A DNA stretch of 39,180 nt from a virus. The notes below the pieces were generated by a model that saw only the letters and a program-made list of their open reading frames with translations, was not told the DNA's origin and did not search any database. This document shows positions 8,422-14,846 of the stretch, one piece after another (the stretch's first letter is position 1; each line of letters opens with the position of its first letter). The stretch is from IMG/VR virus record IMGVR_UViG_3300045988_088556; one strand, given 5' to 3'. The position numbers and the translations under genes are program-made.

Positions 8422-8849
8422 GAAAAGAACTTTATAACCTCCTTTGCGGGGAACTCGGAGCGATAGCGGAAATAAAGCACATCGACCTGTGGAACCGCAA
8501 CGTGGAGTTCATCGAGCAGGAAGAAGGGTGGGAGAGACCTGCCGTGTTCGTGGAGTTCGGCCCGATACAGTGGAAACCGATAGTGAACGGCGTGGAGTAC
8601 CGTGCCGAGCCACAGATAACCCTCCACATCGTCACCGACTGGGCAGGCGCTTCCAGCGAGGGCAGTCCGTTCAGGGAAGATGCGCTGGAGGTGTTCGACC
8701 TGCCCGACAAAATCCACAGGAGGCTTGCCAACCTGGAGGGCGAGACCTTTGGAGAGCTTGACCTTGCGCAGAGCATCACCAACCATGACCACGAGGACAT
8801 CGTGGAGACCATAGAGGTATATCAGTATGTCGCCATAAAACGGCTCTGA
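8418..8849 (+). CDS. Head-tail joining / tail-completion-like protein
   Basis: 143-aa ORF with an ATGA overlap to the morphogenesis gene. Function is assigned by position only. Confidence 0.45.
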   Translation: MRKELYNLLCGELGAIAEIKHIDLWNRNVEFIEQEEGWERPAVFVEFGPIQWKPIVNGVEYRAEPQITLHIVTDWAGASSEGSPFREDALEVFDLPDKIHRRLANLEGETFGELDLAQSITNHDHEDIVETIEVYQYVAIKRL

Positions 8850-8870
8850 TTTGCCCCATGTCAAACAGAA

Positions 8871-8907
8871 AGAGCGTTCCCGGCTGATTGCTTGGAACGC
8901 TCTTTTT
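8871..8907. terminator. Bidirectional intrinsic terminator between convergent operons
   Basis: A 10-bp perfect stem, agagcgttcc (8871-8880) with ggaacgctct (8894-8903), with a 13-nt loop. Followed by TTTT on the plus strand and a T-rich tract on the minus strand. Confidence 0.65.
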
Positions 8908-8935
8908 ATGTTGTCAGAATCGAATTATAACGCCG

Positions 8936-9775
8936 TTAGGCGGCATCGGTGAACAACATCATGTCTGTGTAGTGCGAGCTGTAGTTCACTGTTGCGTTGA
9001 ACTCCACCTTGTGGCAGTTCTTGAATGGGTTGCCCACGGTCGGGTTCTTGCCCATCCATTCACAAAGCTCAATAATGGATGACTTGTTGGAAGTGAAATA
9101 TATAAAGTGATGTCTGGCAAGAATGGTCAGCACATCGAGGTAGTCGGAAAGTTTCCAGTACATATTATATGTGCCAACATCGGTGGATAGATAGGGCGGA
9201 TCAACAAGGTACACAACATTCGGCATGTCTTTGTATCTGGCGAACACCTCTTTGTAGTCGCATGATACTACTGTGATACCTTCAAGATAGTCCTCACAAG
9301 TAGGATAGTCTGACTTGCGGAGATTGTTGTATAGAGCCTCCTTCTTCATTTCGGGGATGCTCAATTTGTATTTCATGGAGAACATCAGTCCGGAAGAAAT
9401 GGTGATGAAGTCAATGTACCCGACCTCTCGTTCCTCTTGCTCCAAACGAGCGAATATGCGGTCGCGCAGTTCACCACGGATGCAGCTGTGCTTGGGTATG
9501 CCTTCCGTCTCCACCATTTTGCGCAGGTCAGCCAAAAGGTGGTTGGTCTGCGGGATGTGCTGTAGGCGGTTGCGGTAGCCGTCGAAGTCGTTGTATATGA
9601 CTGTGGCATTTGGCTTCTGGCACTTGGTGATGTGCGACAGCAGACCCGAACCGCCGAACAAATCCACGAATACTGTGTCCTCTGGATATTGTTTTAGAAC
9701 CTTGATAAACTCACGCGCGAACATGCGCTTCTGCCCCACGAAAGGGAGCGGTGCCGATAGATACTGTTTTCTCAT
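8936..9775 (-). CDS. dam: Dam-family N6-adenine DNA methyltransferase (D12 class), orphan
   Basis: Motif I FVDLFGGSG and motif IV DPPY (LVDPPYLS) in alpha-class order. No restriction-enzyme gene is adjacent. Confidence 0.85.
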   Translation of the reverse strand: MRKQYLSAPLPFVGQKRMFAREFIKVLKQYPEDTVFVDLFGGSGLLSHITKCQKPNATVIYNDFDGYRNRLQHIPQTNHLLADLRKMVETEGIPKHSCIRGELRDRIFARLEQEEREVGYIDFITISSGLMFSMKYKLSIPEMKKEALYNNLRKSDYPTCEDYLEGITVVSCDYKEVFARYKDMPNVVYLVDPPYLSTDVGTYNMYWKLSDYLDVLTILARHHFIYFTSNKSSIIELCEWMGKNPTVGNPFKNCHKVEFNATVNYSSHYTDMMLFTDAA

Positions 9776-9778
9776 GCC

Positions 9779-10417
9779 TTACACGTTCAGTTCAAATTTC
9801 ACGTTCTCGTTTCCGTTGAGCAACTGGCGTGTGTGGCTGATGTTGTTCTCGTAGATATGCACATTCGCAAGGTTCAGCGTGATGGACTTCAAAGGCAAGT
9901 CAATCTGCCGGGCCATAAGGTAGAGGTGGTAGATGTCGGCAGGCAAGCCGAGGTTCGCGTCCGAGCTGCGCTGGTATGCCGACACCACCAGTTCGCCGTT
10001 CTCTATCTGGAACTGAACGAGCGACAGGCACGGAGCCTGATTTGTCTCCGCATCGGTGGAACCGAGGAATAGCACATAGTTCTTGCTGTTGCGCTTCTCG
10101 CGGTTGATTTTGGCAATGAGCGGTGGCAGTTTCTCAAAATAGGTGGGGTAGGAGTTCACAAGGATGGCACCGCAGTAGTCCCACCAGTTGATGCCCACCT
10201 CGCGGTACTTCTCCACGTTGCGCTCGCCCTGCATGAATAGCTGTAGCTCGTTCCTTAACTTCTTGCGTGCGATGCCGTGCCCCTCGAAAATGTCGAGTAG
10301 GTCGGCAGGGGAAAGCACCAACCGCTCGTTGAGCAGATAGCGTATGCTCCCCTTCTTGTTTTGTTGGCACTTGCCCTCGGCAAGCACCTTCTGCAAAATT
10401 TGATGGTATTTGTTCAT
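9779..10417 (-). CDS. Thymidylate-synthase-family pyrimidine C5 (hydroxy)methylase, probably dCMP-specific
   Basis: Colinear with ThyA motifs: ELQLFMQG (ELLWFLQG), catalytic APC (Cys130, 10028-10030), YQRSSD..LGLP.DI. The residue equivalent to E. coli Asn177 is Asp161 (9935-9937). The C-terminus is short (212 aa in total). Confidence 0.72.
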   Translation of the reverse strand: MNKYHQILQKVLAEGKCQQNKKGSIRYLLNERLVLSPADLLDIFEGHGIARKKLRNELQLFMQGERNVEKYREVGINWWDYCGAILVNSYPTYFEKLPPLIAKINREKRNSKNYVLFLGSTDAETNQAPCLSLVQFQIENGELVVSAYQRSSDANLGLPADIYHLYLMARQIDLPLKSITLNLANVHIYENNISHTRQLLNGNENVKFELNV

Positions 10418-10488
10418 AACCGTTTTGAATTTGAAAACGGTGCAAAGGTAACAACGCGTGTCCCTTCGACAATGACCATACGCAAATG

Positions 10489-10731
10489 TTACACTGCAAG
10501 TAGATTGCAGTCAGTTTTGAAACGCCGTATAAGGCTGTACACCTTGCGCTCGCTTATGGCATATTCTGTGGCGAGCCTTGCCACGATGTACGACACTTTT
10601 TCGCCCTGTGCCGACATCGAGCGGTATTCGTTGAAAAGGTCGATATATTGCACATCGTCAAGCCTTATACCAGCCTTTTGGAAGTAAATCAGTAGTTCCC
10701 TGTTCAAATTAAGTATCTCTATTACTTTCAT
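10489..10731 (-). CDS. Mor/C-like small HTH transcription activator candidate
   Basis: 80 aa with C-terminal HTH IVARLATEYAISERKVYSLIRR. Its own TAttTTTG -7 box lies at 10790-10797 on the minus strand. Confidence 0.5.
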   Translation of the reverse strand: MKVIEILNLNRELLIYFQKAGIRLDDVQYIDLFNEYRSMSAQGEKVSYIVARLATEYAISERKVYSLIRRFKTDCNLLAV

Positions 10732-10757
10732 TTTCAGAAATTTTTAGTACTTTTGCA

Positions 10758-10925
10758 TCGTCTCACTTATTCAGCGCAATCGCGCACAACAAAAATAAAC
10801 CTCTTACTGGCGAACGAGGGTATATGCCCCCGGTCGTGCCGGTAAGAGGTATCGTTGTGTTAATGAGTAAGTGAGACGACTAATTAACAGGCCGGGGGCT
10901 TTTTTATTTCCCTCCCCCGAAGGGA
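10758..10925. promoter_or_regulatory. Structured intergenic region with nested inverted repeats (terminator plus promoter plus long-range stems)
   Basis: - Stem A: 10758-10772 with 10865-10879 (14/15).
- Stem B: 10800-10811 with 10838-10849 (11/12), followed by tttattttt on the minus strand.
- Stem C: 10826-10833 with 10892-10899 (8/8).
- Hairpin D: 10909-10925. Confidence 0.5.
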
Positions 10926-10931
10926 TTGTTC

Positions 10932-11417
10932 TTAGTCTCGGTATAACTCCAAATTGAAATTATCCTTGCTCTTCCATCCATCAGCCAGTGTGTCCTGGAT
11001 ATGCTGCATGGCTTTGGTATAGAAGTCCGTCAGTTCGTCGATGTCGGTGAATGTGTGATAGCATGGCTCATCGTCTGTTCCGAACTTGAACGTGACTGGC
11101 AATGTCTTGCCGTCAGACTGCACAGCCAAGTCGTATGCCACCTTGTAGTTGAACTGGTTCTCGTTTGAGAGCCACACGCTCATGCCGTTCCACACGAAGC
11201 CAGAAAGTATGGTCTCGTTCGTGCGGTCGTTGAACCACTCCGACACCATGGTCTTGATGGTGTCCTCAGATGGTTTTCCGTTGAACTCCGCCTCCATGTA
11301 GTCGGCAGAGCCATCCTCGTTGTTATGCACGTCCCAGCGGACGCGCCATTTTCCTTTGACGGGGTTGGTGCATTCAAGCAGCTTTACCCCTTGTGCTCCG
11401 TTTACTCTGTTCATCAT
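10932..11417 (-). CDS. DUF4376-like protein, translationally coupled to the RT
   Basis: 161 aa. Its ATG overlaps the RT stop (ATGA). Segment ILSGFVWNGMSVWLSNENQFNYKVAYD resembles the DUF4376 core. Recognised from memory. Confidence 0.55.
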   Translation of the reverse strand: MMNRVNGAQGVKLLECTNPVKGKWRVRWDVHNNEDGSADYMEAEFNGKPSEDTIKTMVSEWFNDRTNETILSGFVWNGMSVWLSNENQFNYKVAYDLAVQSDGKTLPVTFKFGTDDEPCYHTFTDIDELTDFYTKAMQHIQDTLADGWKSKDNFNLELYRD

Positions 11418-12766
11418 GTGAAAATGTACTTTGTTCTACCTTTGCCGAAGGTTTCCGCCTTGATGGTGGTCTCGAATGGGAAGCCGTCTGGCATTTCACT
11501 CACTTGCTGGAGAATGTTTTTCATCTCCTCGCTGTTGGTGAAGAACTTCTTCGGCTCGCCGTTCTGCTCGATGGACACGACACAGCGGTCTTCGCCCTGG
11601 CTGGTTTTGACTCCGACCTCGAAGTCTTTTACCACTATGGGCAGGTTCACCAACTCGCGGATGCTTACCACCGCACCCGCAAATCGCTTCTTGCCGTCTT
11701 CCGGCTTGTAAGCGACATTCAAATCCTTAAATGATTTCATTTTTTTGCCTGTTAATTTATAAAACAAATTTCGGCAGCAAGCGTGCTTGGCCATTCCGTA
11801 GAATGACGCAATCAGTTCTCGCCGTCTCTTTCTTGACTTGACTTTGTGTAGTTTCCTTGCATACTTCTTCTTGACACGCTTGCGCAGTAGAGAGTATGAT
11901 CCGTTGAATGTCACATACCCCAAGAAGTCGATTCCTTGCGCTGATGGGAATACCCTTTCGTTCTTCTTGATTTCAAGGTCTATTTTTTCGACTTGCTCAT
12001 GTACAATGCCGTGTGCCAGCCAATTTTCTTGCTTGTTGCCACAGAGCACTCTGCCGTCATCACAATAACGGTAGAAATGGCGGATGCCGTATTTGTCCTT
12101 CAGATAATGGTCAAGGTACTCGGACAACAAGAGATTGCCAGAAGCCTGTGAGCTTCGCAACCCGAAGCTGATGCCCTCCGGAAGGAGATGAAGAAAATGA
12201 TCCAGGAGCGACAGCAGGGTCTTGTCTTTGAATACTCTGCGGTAGCACCACATGACAAACTCAGGCTTAGTATTGTCATAGAAATGCTTGATGTCGAACT
12301 CGTAGCAGTAGCGTGTGCCTTCGGGGTCACGTTCCATGTCCAATTGCATGCACTTGCGGAGATCATGTGTGCCACGCTTCTTAATACTTGCTCCAGTCGT
12401 CCTGATAAAACGCTTATGCAGATGTTGGTCCACCACGTTCATCACGGCATACACTGCGATGCGGTCGTACATGGAAATAATCTGCAGGTGTCTTACTTTG
12501 CCATTCTCACAGATGATGCGTTCATGATAGTTGCCGAGTCGAAAGGAACCATCGGAAAGTTTGGCAGTCAATTCTGCAATCACCTCCTCGCGGTGTGCGA
12601 GCAGATAGCGTCCTTGACGGCATCTCTTTCGTTTTGTCCCACGCAGTACACGGTCAAACGCCTCCGACATATTGCCGTAGGACGTTATCTCTTGCATGAT
12701 ATAGCCTTCTCTGTGCATGGTCTTTTTTTGTGATGGAAGATAAGGGCCTTCCTTTCCCCGGGCCAA
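11414..12766 (-). CDS. DGR-type reverse transcriptase with an extra ~100-aa C-terminal domain
   Basis: RT motifs include catalytic YCDD (12056-12067) and the DGR-typical [LIV]GxxxSQ motif (GLRSSQ, aa 202-207). It lies 148 nt downstream of an AAY-rich template repeat. The start is ambiguous: Met17 at 12718 or Met24 at 12697 are also possible. Confidence 0.88.
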   Translation of the reverse strand: MARGKEGPYLPSQKKTMHREGYIMQEITSYGNMSEAFDRVLRGTKRKRCRQGRYLLAHREEVIAELTAKLSDGSFRLGNYHERIICENGKVRHLQIISMYDRIAVYAVMNVVDQHLHKRFIRTTGASIKKRGTHDLRKCMQLDMERDPEGTRYCYEFDIKHFYDNTKPEFVMWCYRRVFKDKTLLSLLDHFLHLLPEGISFGLRSSQASGNLLLSEYLDHYLKDKYGIRHFYRYCDDGRVLCGNKQENWLAHGIVHEQVEKIDLEIKKNERVFPSAQGIDFLGYVTFNGSYSLLRKRVKKKYARKLHKVKSRKRRRELIASFYGMAKHACCRNLFYKLTGKKMKSFKDLNVAYKPEDGKKRFAGAVVSIRELVNLPIVVKDFEVGVKTSQGEDRCVVSIEQNGEPKKFFTNSEEMKNILQQVSEMPDGFPFETTIKAETFGKGRTKYIFT

Positions 12767-12914
12767 ACTTCTTCGAATCGTTACCGACCTACCAAACTCT
12801 ATTGCCCGACACTTGATGTTTCAGCTTTCCACCTTGAATATAGGTGCTTTTGCTGTGGCTCGTTTCCCTCGGCTCCACATTAGGGACACGTCCCCATCGT
12901 TGTACGCCGATTAG

Positions 12915-13033
12915 TTAGATTTCCAGGCGCGAGCCGACATTCGCATTCGCATTCGAGGCATCGTTATTCGCATTCGCATTCGAGACACCGCCATTCGCGT
13001 TCGCATTGTTGTACCCGCGATAGACCACACGGC
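12915..13033 (-). repeat. DGR template repeat (TR); the 3' boundary is approximate
   Basis: On the minus strand the first 28 nt match the fibre-gene end at 39108-39135 at 26/28 positions, and both mismatches fall at TR adenines. In the VR frame it reads RVVYRGYNNANANGGVSNANANNDASNANANVGSRLEI-stop with 11 AAY codons. No ORF covers it. Confidence 0.82.
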
Positions 13034-13056
13034 CTTTGGGAAACTCTACCAGTTTG

Positions 13057-13064
13057 CAAAGTTA
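13057..13064 (-). promoter_or_regulatory. Candidate promoter -7 box for the TR-RT transcript
   Basis: The minus strand reads taactttg, a perfect TAnnTTTG, ~24 nt upstream of the TR start. Confidence 0.35.
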
Positions 13065-13094
13065 CTCATTCTCTGTGCAAAAGATGAATGAATA

Positions 13095-13328
13095 TTACAC
13101 AATGAGCCAAAATAACATTGCAATGAAGCCTCCGAGCACTGTGCAAGCCCAGTCAATCCAGTCCCAAGGACAGCCGTGAAGTTTGTCTTTGAGTTCGAGA
13201 CATGAGGCTGCGATGATGGCAGAATAGATGGCAGCCCATGGCGACAATGCGCACAGACCGACCAGCAAACCGCCGATTAGATGCTTGTAGCGGTTGCTTT
13301 TCTTTAGAAATGAGAAAATTTTGCTCAT
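13095..13328 (-). CDS. Small integral membrane protein (2-3 TM segments); role unknown (immunity, holin or exclusion)
   Basis: 77 aa with hydrophobic segments LIGGLLVGLCALSPWAAIYSAIIAA and ACTVLGGFIAMLFWLIV. Confidence 0.55.
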   Translation of the reverse strand: MSKIFSFLKKSNRYKHLIGGLLVGLCALSPWAAIYSAIIAASCLELKDKLHGCPWDWIDWACTVLGGFIAMLFWLIV

Positions 13329-13408
13329 AACTTGTTGTGTTTTGAAAATTTGTTATTACCTTTGCAATGCGAGGGATGGGGTAACCTTTAGAGACCCGCT
13401 CTCGTTCC

Positions 13409-13435
13409 AGCCAAGTTTTCTAACTTGGCTTTTTT
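13409..13435. terminator. Hairpin overlapping the MuF stop codon, with a T-tract on the plus strand
   Basis: agccaagtt-ttct-aacttggct (9-bp stem) followed by ttttt on the plus strand. On the minus strand it is preceded by AAAAAA, and the KKPS-stop codons lie within the stem. Confidence 0.5.
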
Positions 13436-14832
13436 ATTTGTACTATCTCTTCTCCTTGTATGCAGTAAATCAAATCAAACTTCTTATACTGGGATGTTCC
13501 CTTGAGACCATTGAATTTTGCAAGACCAGCTTGGAAGTTCTCCGCTGAGAAATTGCCGTTAGGGAAGAATAAAACTGCGATTTTTGATTCTGGTTTAGAT
13601 GCACAATGTTTGAGAGCATTTCTAATATTATTAGATGTGCCACTTTCTGCACCGGCGACCTCGAATTTAAGATCATCCCAAAGTCCCTCGCAACTCTTCC
13701 CTTTATACACATTCTGTGGCTCGTCCTCTAAAATAACAGAATGTCCATGTTTATATCCAACATCTTGTATTGTGGTTTCATACCAGCCTTTGTCTTTGTC
13801 TAAGTTGTGCCCAATATGGGTGGCTTTTAAGCCCCCGTTCTTTTCATCAAAGTCAACATCTTTATATTTATCATCTTTGATGAGTTTGCCATATAAGGAA
13901 CGATTCTTTTCGATGTGCTCATTTTGAACATCTTTGATGCACCGAAGTAGCTTGCACGCAGCACACAACTCATTTTCGGGAATGAACTTCGCCAACTTGA
14001 TTTTCCCTTTTGCGATGTCGCAGTCCCTGCACCGACGAATGGTGTAGGGGTTATAGTCGGGCACGGTCTTATCCTCCTTGCCGGGGTTAAAATGGAAGAT
14101 GCCTTTAGTGTCGCGTTGCAGAGCCTCTTCACCCAGTGCCATCGCCTCGTCGTGCGGTGTGGCAGGATATTTGGACTTGCGCACCTGCACTACGGTGCAA
14201 CGACAGTTCCAACCGTTGGGCGGATAGTACTCCTCCCAGAACGGGTCTGAAGGCGGAAGCGTCACGCCATTAAGCGCAGCGTGTTCCGGGCGCACCTTGC
14301 CATCGCCAGCCGTGCGGTACTGGAGGTTGTAGCGGTCGCCGTCCTCAGAGAACCGTTCCCACTTGGCAGCCATCTCCGCAGACGACTGTACGAAGTTGTA
14401 CTCCGCACGGAGGTAGTTGGAGTTGTAGGTCTTGTCTATCTTTCTAACATCATTCAAAAAGGCTTCGAATGTCTTTCTATTGCCGTTAGAATCCAGCAAG
14501 GACGGGAACGCCTCGTTCAACTCATGGAATGTTTTCATGCCGGAGAAAATGTAGTCCGACCGCTGGAGCCGCTTGCGCATGGCATCGGACATCTCCACCT
14601 TTTTGAAAGTGGAGTCCAGCACACCGGCATGGGCATCGATGAACTTCTGGATTTTCGGCTCTGCCAGCACCTCGATGCGGAACTGCGAACCCTCCAACGA
14701 GTAGAGCGTGTTCATCATTCCGTCGAACAGTTCAGAGAGCTGCTTGCGTATCTCTTCTTCGCGCTCCTTAGACAGCGACAAAGTTTGTGGATCATCGCCT
14801 AACAGTCGGGCATAGCGTTGGTGCAGCCCCAC
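13420..14832 (-). CDS. Mu F / SPP1 gp7-family head morphogenesis protein with a ~205-aa C-terminal extension (candidate effector or toxin domain)
   Basis: MuF core motifs: YRTAGDGKVRPEHAALNG and GWNCRCTVV. The extension (aa ~265-470) has a Cys cluster (CRDCD...CAACKLLRC) and a His-rich domain. GC drops from ~57% to ~40% across it. Confidence 0.78.
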   Translation of the reverse strand: MGLHQRYARLLGDDPQTLSLSKEREEEIRKQLSELFDGMMNTLYSLEGSQFRIEVLAEPKIQKFIDAHAGVLDSTFKKVEMSDAMRKRLQRSDYIFSGMKTFHELNEAFPSLLDSNGNRKTFEAFLNDVRKIDKTYNSNYLRAEYNFVQSSAEMAAKWERFSEDGDRYNLQYRTAGDGKVRPEHAALNGVTLPPSDPFWEEYYPPNGWNCRCTVVQVRKSKYPATPHDEAMALGEEALQRDTKGIFHFNPGKEDKTVPDYNPYTIRRCRDCDIAKGKIKLAKFIPENELCAACKLLRCIKDVQNEHIEKNRSLYGKLIKDDKYKDVDFDEKNGGLKATHIGHNLDKDKGWYETTIQDVGYKHGHSVILEDEPQNVYKGKSCEGLWDDLKFEVAGAESGTSNNIRNALKHCASKPESKIAVLFFPNGNFSAENFQAGLAKFNGLKGTSQYKKFDLIYCIQGEEIVQIKKPS

Positions 14833-14846
14833 ATAATCGGTGGGGC

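Noticed and set aside
9779-10417. Ordinary thymidylate synthase (thyA)
   Set aside because: Asp replaces the uracil-specifying Asn177 equivalent and the C-terminal region is missing. The gene is therefore called a TS-family (hydroxy)methylase with likely dCMP specificity instead.
10758-12766. A retron (RT plus structured msr/msd-like inverted repeats)
   Set aside because: The structured region is downstream of the RT, not upstream. The RT carries the DGR-type GxxxSQ motif. An AAY-rich template repeat with a matching adenine-variant copy is present. A DGR explains the locus better.
12939-13005. A tandem hexamer ATTCGC repeat that looks like a microsatellite or degenerate repeat array
   Set aside because: On the minus strand it is the in-frame AAT-GCG (Asn-Ala) codon periodicity of the DGR template repeat. 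It has no spacer structure and is not CRISPR-like.
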